Shown here: one piece after another, positions 26,087 to 36,224 of the stretch
Position numbering within the stretch: the stretch's first letter is position 1
Layout: every line of letters begins with the position of its first letter
Assembly: GCA_016928875.1 (NCBI GenBank)
Contig: JAFGJY010000089.1
Location: forward strand, 3,625 to 67,624
DNA: 64,000 bases
Direction: 5' to 3'
Source: Candidatus Omnitrophota bacterium
Lineage (GTDB): Bacteria; Omnitrophota; Omnitrophia; JAHJGZ01; JAFGJY01
The notes under the pieces: model-generated
The model's input: only the letters and a program-made list of their open reading frames with translations
What the model was told of the DNA's origin: nothing
Databases searched by the model: none
Position numbers and translations under genes: made by a program

Positions 26087-27241
26087 CTATGTAACATGAT
26101 ACTTAATGCGATCGATAAAATCGCTATGTTGTTTAAGAGCTTCGGCACATTTTTGCGCAACATGTGGGGCAGTGTCCCGCACCCATTGTTCCTGTATTTC
26201 TTCACACGTACGTTTAAATCCTGTTATATCAAACCCCTCCATGAGCGTATTCTGATAGCACTGCGTAACACCGAATTCCTTAAGCAAACTATATATTTTA
26301 CTTTGGTCAATGCTCTGCGGCATGAATGGCTCGGTAGCAACGAATGGAATATTGTTCTTAAGACACATGACAGAACAATGGAATCGATCCGTTATACAAA
26401 AACTCAGTTTCTTAAAGAATGCAGCCCATTCATAGGGATCAACGCTGTGCCCTATGTTATAATCAGCAAACCTATTAAACATGTTGAAATTAAGTATGAT
26501 ATACCCCTTATCTCTATAATGTGTTGCGATATTAGCTGAAAACATAGGCTGACCGTATAATAAAAGCCCTAATATTGGTCTATCACCTGCTATCCCATAT
26601 TTACGCAAGATATCATCATCGTATTCGGGATACTCATACATGAACGCCGGATCGGCTATTCTTGAGACAGGGACCTCTTTATCGACCTTCGCTTCAAGCA
26701 TCATTGTCATAGTGATATCATCGCGCACACTGATCAACTTATATGAGCTCAATATTCGTCGTACCTGATCTTTATATTTACGGAAAATAGTAAGGTCTGA
26801 ACGATGGCCTGATATTGCATAAGCGATCTTTATTGCACTAATATCGCTTGCTAACCAATAAATATTCGGAAAGCGAGGGACAAACCACTTTGTCGAAAAA
26901 TCCCACAGCACTTTTGCTACTATAAGGGCATCATATGCACGTGAATGCATCTCACGTATATGTGACTCATATGTGCCGGTTACCGGGAAATTATCGATCA
27001 ACAGATTGTCATACTCAAAGTCAATTATCTTCTTGTATCTTCTCAGATTATAGAACGGTATTTTCATATTAGGCTTCATTGCCCGCAGGATCTCATATCC
27101 ATACCGATGTATAGATAAATGCCTGATGAAACGGACATCATAGTCGGGGGAACATCTTGCAAGCATGCGATTCAAAGCATTATTGAATATGCTCGACCCA
27201 TGATTAGCATCAACGGTCGTAAGTACGCCTATTTTTTTCAT
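26087..27241 (-). CDS. Polysaccharide pyruvyl transferase family protein
   Basis: CITDRFHCSVMCLKNNIPFVA signature; 384 aa. Confidence 0.65.
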   Translation of the reverse strand: MKKIGVLTTVDANHGSSIFNNALNRMLARCSPDYDVRFIRHLSIHRYGYEILRAMKPNMKIPFYNLRRYKKIIDFEYDNLLIDNFPVTGTYESHIREMHSRAYDALIVAKVLWDFSTKWFVPRFPNIYWLASDISAIKIAYAISGHRSDLTIFRKYKDQVRRILSSYKLISVRDDITMTMMLEAKVDKEVPVSRIADPAFMYEYPEYDDDILRKYGIAGDRPILGLLLYGQPMFSANIATHYRDKGYIILNFNMFNRFADYNIGHSVDPYEWAAFFKKLSFCITDRFHCSVMCLKNNIPFVATEPFMPQSIDQSKIYSLLKEFGVTQCYQNTLMEGFDITGFKRTCEEIQEQWVRDTAPHVAQKCAEALKQHSDFIDRIKYHVT

Positions 27242-27258
27242 TACAGTTCTCGTAATAA

Positions 27259-28473
27259 TTATTTTTTAAATAACGACTTCCACAAAAGGCGTGAATATCG
27301 TGCATTGATCAGCCCGGCGGGGAGTTGTTCATAGGTACGCGCATCTGTGCCTGCGCGTGGCTGGAATTTATATATTTCGACAAAATCAAAAGGCATTCTC
27401 TCTATCAACGCCTCGGTAGCTTTAAAATCGGCATCTGTTTCACCGGGGAAACCCACCATTATCTGTGAACGTACCTTAAGATGCGGATACCGTTCCTTCA
27501 ACAGCAAAATAGCATCTACGTATTCTTTTACTCCATGACTTCTTCGCATGCGTGCTAAAACTGAATCGCTGCCTGCTTCGATCGCTGAACAGAGTGTCGT
27601 GATCTTTCCGCTCTTGAGAACATCCAGCAAACCCGGAAGCATCTCAATAAGATACTTTGGATGTAAATTACGCAGCATGATCTCATAATCACCCTCGCGG
27701 CGTATCATTTCACGTAACAGATCCACTAATGTATGCCCTTCGTCTCGCCCGTATGCTCCGACATCCGTCCCGATTAAAAATATCTTTTTGTACCCTTGGC
27801 GCAATCCGTTCTCAAACTCATTGATCACCTTATCGATCGGCTTACTCTGAAGGTGTTTGCGTGATAACTTGACCGCACAAAACGAGCAGCTGCTCATACA
27901 CCCGCTTGATACTTTGATCGGGAAAACTCCCTTTGTATAAACGCCCGTATCACGGTTACCTCTTTTCATGTCAAGTATCTTTTTTATCACTTTTGAAAAT
28001 GTGGTAAACTCCAGCATGAATTCGACAAGATACTCCATTTTTGCCATTATGTTTTTATACGGATCATCTTTATAGAGGTCTGATCTGTCATTTATCCGAT
28101 CGGAATAACGATTAGCAGTGACCCGCGTACAGACTTCCGTCTCTTGTAATAATTCTTTGACATTCGGCAGTAAATCACTTTGATCCGGCAAATATTTTCG
28201 TTCTATAAGCGAACTGTTGATCTTAGGCAAGCACCCCCAAACATAAATTTTTGCATCTTTTTTCTTCAATAAAGCCAGCTCCTTAATAATGCTCATCGAA
28301 TACCTTTCAGCCTCATTCGTAAGCCCGCACGCATTAAACAATATCAGATCAGCCGCCTGGGCATTAGATGCCAGTTCCCATCCTTGCGCATGCATCTGTT
28401 CCTCGACATACGCACAGTCTAAGCGGTTTTCGGGACAACCGTTCGTAAATATATACACTGATCTATTATTCAT
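27259..28473 (-). CDS. MiaB/RimO-like radical SAM protein (methylthiotransferase N-domain + radical SAM core, no TRAM domain)
   Basis: N-domain Cys triad (TNGC.., FNACG, VWGC) with MTTase-like spacing. SSGCMSSCSFCAV is the CxxxCxxC motif. The protein ends shortly after the radical SAM core. Confidence 0.7.
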   Translation of the reverse strand: MNNRSVYIFTNGCPENRLDCAYVEEQMHAQGWELASNAQAADLILFNACGLTNEAERYSMSIIKELALLKKKDAKIYVWGCLPKINSSLIERKYLPDQSDLLPNVKELLQETEVCTRVTANRYSDRINDRSDLYKDDPYKNIMAKMEYLVEFMLEFTTFSKVIKKILDMKRGNRDTGVYTKGVFPIKVSSGCMSSCSFCAVKLSRKHLQSKPIDKVINEFENGLRQGYKKIFLIGTDVGAYGRDEGHTLVDLLREMIRREGDYEIMLRNLHPKYLIEMLPGLLDVLKSGKITTLCSAIEAGSDSVLARMRRSHGVKEYVDAILLLKERYPHLKVRSQIMVGFPGETDADFKATEALIERMPFDFVEIYKFQPRAGTDARTYEQLPAGLINARYSRLLWKSLFKK

Positions 28474-29577
28474 TTAGCCCACCGTTCCAGTGTTCGATCC
28501 TAATAGGTTTTCATAAAGTGTAATATGTTGGGTAATAACTATATCCAAAGACACGTGCTTATTTACAAACTCATATCCGCGTTCTCCGCATACCCTCCAC
28601 CTATCATCGTCTAACAGATAACGTATTCCCGCAGAATAGTCTTCATTATCAACGACTTTTCCGAATCGCGATGTGAAGCCGTCGGGATCCACAGAACTTA
28701 CTATCGCGCACCTATGCGCGGCTGCTTCTTCAAATGAAATAGGTAACGCTTCCTTCGCCGATGTATTTACCATTATCCAACTTTTACTCAATATTTTCGT
28801 AAGCCTATCTGAAGTGAACTGATCGATAAAACCTGTCATTTCGAGATTCGGCACATGCTTGTATTTATTTCTTATCCGCGCATCTACTTCTTTATCCTGT
28901 GCACTGCCGGTAGCAATAAAATTAATATCTGGCATCTTTGCCGCAAGCTGCAGAAACAGTTCCGGCCGTTTGACGCGATCCCATCGTCCGATAAAGCACA
29001 CTGTTGGAGTAGCGGATTTCTGAACGAATTCCGGCACCTCAACCGGATTAGGCATGAATCGAGGCGCACGATCAAGTTTGTATTTTTTATGTGCTTTATT
29101 GATCACGAGATCTGCCGCCGCACACAGTGCGTCTGCCTTTTTTACACATCCGCGTACGATCGGATTGTCCTCAAAAAGTATGTTTGACAGCACCTGTAAT
29201 TTATTGCGTGATGGATGAGTAAGCTCGGTGAGCCAATCGCTCAACACTCTTGTGTCTTGAAATGTGACCACATGCTTTTTCTCAGGCATCGACCGCATCG
29301 CTAAATATGTCGCGAATGATGGCTCTTGCGAATGATATATATCTGCATCACACTCTTTAAAGATCGTACGCGCATAGAATGGATCGTGCCGCGGATAGCT
29401 ATACACCGTAAAATTATCGAGCACCTCGACTTCTTTTTGATCTCGTCGTCGAGGCACCACCACACAAACATCGAGTCCGCGCGTTTTCAGCGAGCGCGCT
29501 ATAGTACGTGTCGCGCTGCCAAAACCACCCATCTTGCCCCACGCGAATATTTCCACACAGATCAAACAAACTTTCAT
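28474..29577 (-). CDS. Glycosyltransferase family 4; paralogue of 24986..26071
   Basis: See the 24986..26071 entry; the two are collinear along their full length. Confidence 0.8.
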   Translation of the reverse strand: MKVCLICVEIFAWGKMGGFGSATRTIARSLKTRGLDVCVVVPRRRDQKEVEVLDNFTVYSYPRHDPFYARTIFKECDADIYHSQEPSFATYLAMRSMPEKKHVVTFQDTRVLSDWLTELTHPSRNKLQVLSNILFEDNPIVRGCVKKADALCAAADLVINKAHKKYKLDRAPRFMPNPVEVPEFVQKSATPTVCFIGRWDRVKRPELFLQLAAKMPDINFIATGSAQDKEVDARIRNKYKHVPNLEMTGFIDQFTSDRLTKILSKSWIMVNTSAKEALPISFEEAAAHRCAIVSSVDPDGFTSRFGKVVDNEDYSAGIRYLLDDDRWRVCGERGYEFVNKHVSLDIVITQHITLYENLLGSNTGTVG

Positions 29578-30545
29578 GGCTTTATCACTCTCTGCTTCGG
29601 TTTATCGATAAGTTCAAGAACTCCGCCAACTAGCGATAAGATCGCGTTTTTGAGTAATATTAAGAATGAGAATGACAGCGCCAATGCCGGCACAATACCG
29701 AACTGCTCCATCATCACCACAAGGCTCGCTTCGCGAACACCTAAATTGCCGATCGAGATAGGCAGCATACCCAAAACTATTACCACAGACCGAATCCATG
29801 CCATGTCACTATATGAAACAGATATTGAAACAGCATGCGCCATAATAAGGAGTACGCCAATGCCGAGAAACTGTCTAACGACCGAATTGCCCAGTATATG
29901 AAGATGCGTTCGCAGGGGCAATTCATGCAACCGGGTAACGATCGTAAAGAGCTTTTCGATCTTCACTCGAATAAAATGCGGCAGAAAGCCGATGTTTGCA
30001 ACAAGCAGCTTGGCAACCCCAAGCATCCTCTCGCTAAAAGCACTGCAATACAGGGCAATGAATATCACACTTATTCCGATCAGTATCCATACTGTGGTAT
30101 AAAGTGCATTGCTGAGCAAATACGGGATCATAAATATGGCCCCAACGATGAAAACACTGCCTAATTCTATAAATCGGTTAAGAACGATGCTGATAAACAA
30201 CTCTGCCGGTCGTTTTATATACTGTTGCATCTTGACCCACTTTACTGCGCCACCGGCTAAATAACCCGGTAAGAACGAGGAATAAAATGTCGTGATAAGA
30301 TTTATTTTCAGGATCGTGACTGTTGGCAAGTCTATGGCAAACGGAAGGTTCAACACCCTGAACTGAAGCGCTGCTAAGTAACAACAAATAAGGTGTAATA
30401 TGAACGCTATACTATAAAGAACAAGGTCAGTCGTTCGTAAGGTTAGCCAAATATCAGCAAAGGGAACTTTGGTGAAAAGATACCATAGCAACCCACCCGA
30501 TATCAGGATCTTGACCACATACGACAGTGCCTTTTTATATTTCAT
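29574..30545 (-). CDS. UPF0104 / lysyl-PG-synthase-TM-region-like 'flippase-like' membrane protein
   Basis: 323 aa, about 8 TM segments. N-terminus KK..VKILISGGLLWYLF..V.F..I; 4-nt overlaps with both flanking GT4 genes. Confidence 0.6.
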   Translation of the reverse strand: MKYKKALSYVVKILISGGLLWYLFTKVPFADIWLTLRTTDLVLYSIAFILHLICCYLAALQFRVLNLPFAIDLPTVTILKINLITTFYSSFLPGYLAGGAVKWVKMQQYIKRPAELFISIVLNRFIELGSVFIVGAIFMIPYLLSNALYTTVWILIGISVIFIALYCSAFSERMLGVAKLLVANIGFLPHFIRVKIEKLFTIVTRLHELPLRTHLHILGNSVVRQFLGIGVLLIMAHAVSISVSYSDMAWIRSVVIVLGMLPISIGNLGVREASLVVMMEQFGIVPALALSFSFLILLKNAILSLVGGVLELIDKPKQRVIKP

Positions 30546-31669
30546 GATTTTCCGTGCTTTTTAGCGCTGTGATAGACTCTTAAATATTTCTCACAAACAA
30601 TATCCCAGCTAAACATCTTCTCTAATCGTTCACGAGCTTTTTTGCCAAGGGCAGTCCGCAATGCATCATCCTCTATCAATTTCACTAAAGCTCTTCTAAT
30701 TTCATCACTGCTCAGCGGTTGGACAAGGAGTGCCGCATCGCCTACAACTTCGGCACAGCCTGTGCCGCGCGTCGTTATTATCGCCATCTCTGCTGACATT
30801 GCTTCCAGGAGAACGATCGGAAAGTTTTCCATTGATGATGTGAAAACAAATATGCTCGACGTTTCGTATAATTCCTTTAATGTGGGGCCCTTATTATCAA
30901 GATGCCCCCAAAACGTAACAGCAACACCGTGTTTTTGTGCAAGGGCTTTGAGATCCTCTAAATATGGTCCATCACCGACAATATTAACTGCATGATCGAT
31001 CGGAAGTGAAGAAAGCGCCCGTATCAAGAACTGCACCCCCTTGCGTTCGAACATTCTGGTAACGACAAGAATGCTTTTTTCTTTCTTCACCTGCGGTGAA
31101 TATTTGTCTATATATATGCCGTTATTAATAACTTCTGTTCTGGCTTTTTTATGATGTGACACTACGAGCGTACGCAATCCGTTACTCGGACACACGATCA
31201 GGTCTACAGAGCGCACTATTATCTGCCATAGCGGATATAAGATCATATGCAGGACCTTAAATCGGTCAGGATTATACCCCGGGACATCAGAACCATGAGT
31301 GGTCACGACAACCGGCACGCGTGTGAGCAACGTCAGCATAAACGATATTATTCCATCCGGATAGATAAAATGCGTGTTAATAATATCATATTTCTTTGTC
31401 TTCATAAGTTTCAGCGCGCATGGAATAGCACACAGCACATACGGTATCATCTCAAACGGCGAACACACCGCTATATTCTTACGTGCCACCATGATCCTAT
31501 GCAATCGCACACCATTGACCGTCTCTTCTTTTTTTAGGCCATGACATCCCATGGTGACTATATCAATACTATGCCCTCGTCGCGTCAATTCTGTTGATAG
31601 ATCGTGCACCACTTTTGCCCCGCCACCGCCTAATGGCGGGAATTCATAGCAAAGTATCAGTATATTCAC
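30542..31669 (-). CDS. Glycosyltransferase family 4
   Basis: MNILILCYEFPPLGGGGAKV; C-terminus ..FTSSMENFPIVLLEAMSAEMAIITT. Confidence 0.85.
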   Translation of the reverse strand: MNILILCYEFPPLGGGGAKVVHDLSTELTRRGHSIDIVTMGCHGLKKEETVNGVRLHRIMVARKNIAVCSPFEMIPYVLCAIPCALKLMKTKKYDIINTHFIYPDGIISFMLTLLTRVPVVVTTHGSDVPGYNPDRFKVLHMILYPLWQIIVRSVDLIVCPSNGLRTLVVSHHKKARTEVINNGIYIDKYSPQVKKEKSILVVTRMFERKGVQFLIRALSSLPIDHAVNIVGDGPYLEDLKALAQKHGVAVTFWGHLDNKGPTLKELYETSSIFVFTSSMENFPIVLLEAMSAEMAIITTRGTGCAEVVGDAALLVQPLSSDEIRRALVKLIEDDALRTALGKKARERLEKMFSWDIVCEKYLRVYHSAKKHGKS

Positions 31670-33189
31670 TATTTATCCCCTGTTTCTTTTTTTAAATGCA
31701 AGACAAGATCATCGTTACATGATGGAAACAGCAATGATATCTTTTGACCAACGACCTCTGTTTGAAACGGGATCGTGCTCCCATCTGAAGGGAAATACCA
31801 ACACGCATCGTAGCTCCCATCCATTAGCTCTTTAAACACAACTGACGCCTGTTGTGGCCCATACGAATACCCGGCTGCACCGTTGGGTGACTCTAAATAA
31901 ATGACCGCCTGATCACGTGATTCAAGCGCATAGGTATGAGTCGCCGGATGCCCAATGACTATGTTCTCTCGAAGCTGCAATGATCCGTAATCACGGATAG
32001 TATCTACAAATTTTTTAAAGTTATAAAAATATCGTTCGGTAATTGTATTGAATCTGTATACCGGGATCACCCATCCGAATATATTGTTTTCATGCCCGAT
32101 CTTTCTAAACCCCGCATCACCAAGACCAAAAATTGTATGTATGTCACGTATAGCAAGGGCATCTGCGTAAGCCCCCGCGCTTTGGACCCCCGCCATGAAC
32201 ATGCGCCACCAGTATTTACGGCCGCGCACCTGATATTCATGCTCTGACGTTATTTCCAAGTTTTTTTCACCCCAGAAATAACATCGCTCTTTTTTTTGAT
32301 AATTCCAATCTATGTTTCTAACAGAAATCGTGGGTTTTTTATACGCTCTGCTTGTATCGCTATGTTCATCGTACCGTCCGAGGTCTTTTACTATAAGATC
32401 GAGCTTATCATACGCCAATGTAAAGCCACCGAGTTTCTGCCCTCCTTCATCATTAAGCGTAAGGAGAACATCGATATTATGCTCTCCTTCCCATGCATTG
32501 ATCTCGTTTACGATCTCCTTGACCCATTCCTGATCAGCACCTGTACCATTCCCGAGTTCATTCATAATATCATAAAAAACATTCCCCAAATCTGCAGTCG
32601 CATCCAGTATCTTGCGCACATACGCCTTTTGATGGGATAATAATGTTGGATTTGACATGGTAACAAACTCCTGTGGCCCCGCATGAAGCGACAGTTCCGG
32701 ATTTACATTGTTGTGCGGATTATAGTAGCACCTATCCCAGTTCTTCTTCCACGTCACCGCTTGCCACATCTGCAAGTGAACGACAATACCATTCTCTTTC
32801 AATAGTAAGCACGCGAGCCGCAGCGCTTCAAAATAACGTTCGTTCATGCGATCAAGATCGAATTTGTCCGGCTGGGTTAGATCACTTTCAAATAAATTGA
32901 ACGCCGCTCCTTCCACGATAAAGTGTGGCGGATAGGAGCGCACATGAGACATACCGTACTTGCGGGCCCACGTGGCCCAGTCACAGACATCGTTCCCGTT
33001 CCCTCGCGGAAGATACGTTAAAATATTTTGGGGACTTGGCCCGTACGCGAAACAGGGCGCACCTTCATAATACAAAAGTGGCCTTCCGGCATCGTTATCT
33101 CTGATCTCGAGACTTTGAGAAAAACATATAGCACCGATCATACAATTAGAAATAAGAAAAGCAACGACCGTTCTACCTAAACGATTCAT
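31669..33189 (-). CDS. Secreted TIM-barrel glycoside-hydrolase-like protein (GH5-like), putative EPS-processing enzyme
   Basis: Start MNRLGRTVVAFLISNCMIGAICFS (signal peptide) at 33189, in an ATGA overlap with the upstream stop. FYDIMNELGNG resembles the GH-A clan NE acid/base motif. Family assignment is tentative. Confidence 0.4.
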   Translation of the reverse strand: MNRLGRTVVAFLISNCMIGAICFSQSLEIRDNDAGRPLLYYEGAPCFAYGPSPQNILTYLPRGNGNDVCDWATWARKYGMSHVRSYPPHFIVEGAAFNLFESDLTQPDKFDLDRMNERYFEALRLACLLLKENGIVVHLQMWQAVTWKKNWDRCYYNPHNNVNPELSLHAGPQEFVTMSNPTLLSHQKAYVRKILDATADLGNVFYDIMNELGNGTGADQEWVKEIVNEINAWEGEHNIDVLLTLNDEGGQKLGGFTLAYDKLDLIVKDLGRYDEHSDTSRAYKKPTISVRNIDWNYQKKERCYFWGEKNLEITSEHEYQVRGRKYWWRMFMAGVQSAGAYADALAIRDIHTIFGLGDAGFRKIGHENNIFGWVIPVYRFNTITERYFYNFKKFVDTIRDYGSLQLRENIVIGHPATHTYALESRDQAVIYLESPNGAAGYSYGPQQASVVFKELMDGSYDACWYFPSDGSTIPFQTEVVGQKISLLFPSCNDDLVLHLKKETGDK

Positions 33190-34346
33190 GACAACTCCTT
33201 TTCTATCGCACCATACAACAAGTGGACTGAGTCCCGAAGACATGCATAAACATGATGTTCTTCAATAAATGCAACGGCATTATGAGTGATGCGCCGTTGC
33301 AGTTCTTTATCCTCGATAAGCGCAAGCATGCCCCGCGAGAACTCTTCCGAACGCGGTTCTGCCAAATAGGCGATATCAGTGGTAACGACTTGTGTATGAG
33401 TGTAGAGATTGGTCGCTAATACCGGAATACCGGAATGAAGATATGTATAGATCTTCATCGGAGTATTGTCTCCATGCACCCTCGATGAGACCAAGATATC
33501 TGCCTGCTGCATATAGCCCTGTACTTGATCTGTCGGTTTGGGGCCCAAGAAAAAAACGCTCTCCTCACACCCCAATGACTGCGCGAGACTTCTGTACTTG
33601 GATATATCATCGGGACGTCCTCCTATGATGACGAGTGCAAGACATCGTTCCTTTCTCGCCAACGCAAAGCTCTGTATCAAGAGGTCTATCCCCTGATAAC
33701 TCTCAAGATTACCAATGTACATGATGATAGGAGCATTTATCGAATGAACGGTCCGTATATCCATCAGGCCGTCATGGGTATCATTATCATGTAAAAGCGA
33801 AATATCTTGCCATAGCGATATCCAACGCGCACCTAGCTTCCGTGCTTCCTGGCCTAAAGCCTTGCATACCGGTGCGACAGCTATCGCTTTTTTTATCGGG
33901 ATAGATTCCAGATAACGAAAGATCCCCTCAAAAGGCCGTAAATATTTATATTTATCTACCAACTGACGTGATAACAATGAATCCATATCATAAACAAATG
34001 GCACCCTGAATAAGGATCCTACGAGCAAAGCGATGAATGAAGCCTCTTCCATCGCGTGTATAATGTCGTATTCATTTCTGCGCATGAGCTTGATCGTCTT
34101 GTAACACAGCAGCATATCACATAAAACTTTTTTCCATGAGAACCCCGGCCTTATATTTGTCAAATATCGTGAATGAAATATCCTGTACAAACGTACATTG
34201 GGATATGACATGTCCAGGCCTTCATGGAATGCAAGCACATCTACAGAATCCCCGCGCTCGCTCATGGCCCTGATCGCCAGATGAGCATCGATGGGAGATC
34301 CTCGCTCCTGGTAAAACGGTTGTGGAAGCAAAAAAAGGATTTTCAT
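33186..34346 (-). CDS. Glycosyltransferase family 4/1 (GT-B)
   Basis: MKILFLLPQPFYQERGSPI..; C-terminus ..VSSRVHGDNTPMKIYTYLHSGIPVLAT. Confidence 0.75.
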   Translation of the reverse strand: MKILFLLPQPFYQERGSPIDAHLAIRAMSERGDSVDVLAFHEGLDMSYPNVRLYRIFHSRYLTNIRPGFSWKKVLCDMLLCYKTIKLMRRNEYDIIHAMEEASFIALLVGSLFRVPFVYDMDSLLSRQLVDKYKYLRPFEGIFRYLESIPIKKAIAVAPVCKALGQEARKLGARWISLWQDISLLHDNDTHDGLMDIRTVHSINAPIIMYIGNLESYQGIDLLIQSFALARKERCLALVIIGGRPDDISKYRSLAQSLGCEESVFFLGPKPTDQVQGYMQQADILVSSRVHGDNTPMKIYTYLHSGIPVLATNLYTHTQVVTTDIAYLAEPRSEEFSRGMLALIEDKELQRRITHNAVAFIEEHHVYACLRDSVHLLYGAIEKELS

Positions 34347-34361
34347 GTATCTCTCCTCGAT

Positions 34362-36224
34362 TTAGAAAAAACGTCTATGCCATACTGCAAGATTAATAAG
34401 TGCCCATAACACATGGTTATAATTGGCTCTCTTGGAAATGTGCTCGCTCATAATATGCTCAAGATAGTTCATATCGAGAACGCTTTTTAACAGTGGGGAA
34501 TTACGCAATGTTTCATACATATAGTCACGAAGGCCTTCACGCAGCCAATTCTTCGAAGGGAAACTATAGCCTTGTTTGCCGCGCCAGACTATCTTATCGG
34601 GCAAAAGCCCTTCCAATGCTTTTCTGAAAATATATTTTGTAGTAAAACCCTTGAGCTTCATATCCCCCGGTATCGATGCTGCACATTCAACAACGCGATG
34701 GTCAAGGAACGGTACGCGTACTTCTAGGGCATACGCCATGCTCATCTTATCAACTTTCATTAATATACTGTCGGTCATGGTAAATCGCACATCGATAAAC
34801 GACTCCTGTGCTGATCTATTTTCAGAGTTGCATCGTTCCGCAACCTTACGGACCAGATCGAGCCCGTCCATCACAACAGAATCTTTAATGGACTTATTGA
34901 ATAATGCGCGTTCCATACGCTCATTCATGAAATACTGCCATTTCATATGATAGCCATGGTCAGGCAGTTCAGCTCCTTCCATGAAGCGCTTCATAATGTT
35001 AACAAGGCCCTTCTTCTCAGGCCTGTCCGGTAATGCCCCGATAAGCGGCGCTATGAGTTTATGCCTGATAAACGACGGGATAAGGCAATAATAATTGTTA
35101 TAAAATTTGCTTGCTTTAAAACGGTCATAGCCAAGAAATATCTCATCCCCGCCTTCACCGCTAAGGCACACGGTGATATCCTGCCGAGCCCGTTTACTGA
35201 TCATACGATATGGTATGGTCGATAAGTCGGTCATCGGCTCATCGAGGGACCATAGAGTATCCTCGATATCGTTGGCCGTTATGTGTTCGATCATGAGAAC
35301 ATTGTGTTCCGCGCCGAAATGACGAGCGACAAGTTCTGCATAATCCAGCTCACTATAGGTCTTGTCCGGATAGCCGATAGAATATGTCCTGATCGGTGTA
35401 TTAATATGCTTTCTCATGAAGGCAAGTATGGTGCTGGAATCAAGGCCTCCCGAAAGGAACATCCCCAGCGGAACGTCACTTAAAAGCCGCAGCCGCACTG
35501 CCGATTCAATGACATCACGCAATTTTTCTACGTACGCATTTTCATCCTTTTCCCTTTTTTCTTCAAAAGAAAGTTCCCAATATTGATGTATCGTAAATGA
35601 CGCATCTTTAAAGATAAGATAATGACCTGGCTGTAACTTATAAATATTCTCGAACATAGTGCGCGGGCCGGGCACGAACTCATACCCCAAATAATAATAC
35701 AAAGATTGATGATCTACCTTCTTTTTAACGCGATCGCTCTTTAAGATCGATTTTATTTCTGACCCGAATACGAACGCCTTGCCATCCCAGTAATAATAAA
35801 GCGGCTTAATACCGATCCTATCCCGCGCTATAAAAAGCTCCTTGGTCTTAAGATCTAATAGTGCAAACGTGAACATGCCATTAAAATGATGTACGCAATC
35901 ATGTCCCCACTCTTCAAAAGCATGCATCAGCGCCTCTGTATCAGTTGTGCTGTAAAATGTATGCCCTTTTTGTTCCAGTTCTTTTTTGAGCGCCGGGTAA
36001 TTGTATATCTCCCCGTTATACACCACACACTTAGAGCGGTCTTCATTAAAGATCGGCTGATCGCCCTTTTCGGACAGGTCGAGAATACTAAGCCGTCTGT
36101 TGCCGATCGAAAATCCGTGGCCGATGTAACAACCGTCCGAATCAGGGCCGCGATGTGCGATCACATCGGTCATTTCCTTAATAAGACCCGGATCTTCATA
36201 GTTATAACCACATATCCCGCACAT
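34362..36224 (-). CDS. asnB: Asparagine synthase (glutamine-hydrolysing) family amidotransferase
   Basis: MCGICGY Cys2 nucleophile (Ntn GATase) and SGGLDSS PP-loop; 620 aa. Confidence 0.9.
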   Translation of the reverse strand: MCGICGYNYEDPGLIKEMTDVIAHRGPDSDGCYIGHGFSIGNRRLSILDLSEKGDQPIFNEDRSKCVVYNGEIYNYPALKKELEQKGHTFYSTTDTEALMHAFEEWGHDCVHHFNGMFTFALLDLKTKELFIARDRIGIKPLYYYWDGKAFVFGSEIKSILKSDRVKKKVDHQSLYYYLGYEFVPGPRTMFENIYKLQPGHYLIFKDASFTIHQYWELSFEEKREKDENAYVEKLRDVIESAVRLRLLSDVPLGMFLSGGLDSSTILAFMRKHINTPIRTYSIGYPDKTYSELDYAELVARHFGAEHNVLMIEHITANDIEDTLWSLDEPMTDLSTIPYRMISKRARQDITVCLSGEGGDEIFLGYDRFKASKFYNNYYCLIPSFIRHKLIAPLIGALPDRPEKKGLVNIMKRFMEGAELPDHGYHMKWQYFMNERMERALFNKSIKDSVVMDGLDLVRKVAERCNSENRSAQESFIDVRFTMTDSILMKVDKMSMAYALEVRVPFLDHRVVECAASIPGDMKLKGFTTKYIFRKALEGLLPDKIVWRGKQGYSFPSKNWLREGLRDYMYETLRNSPLLKSVLDMNYLEHIMSEHISKRANYNHVLWALINLAVWHRRFF

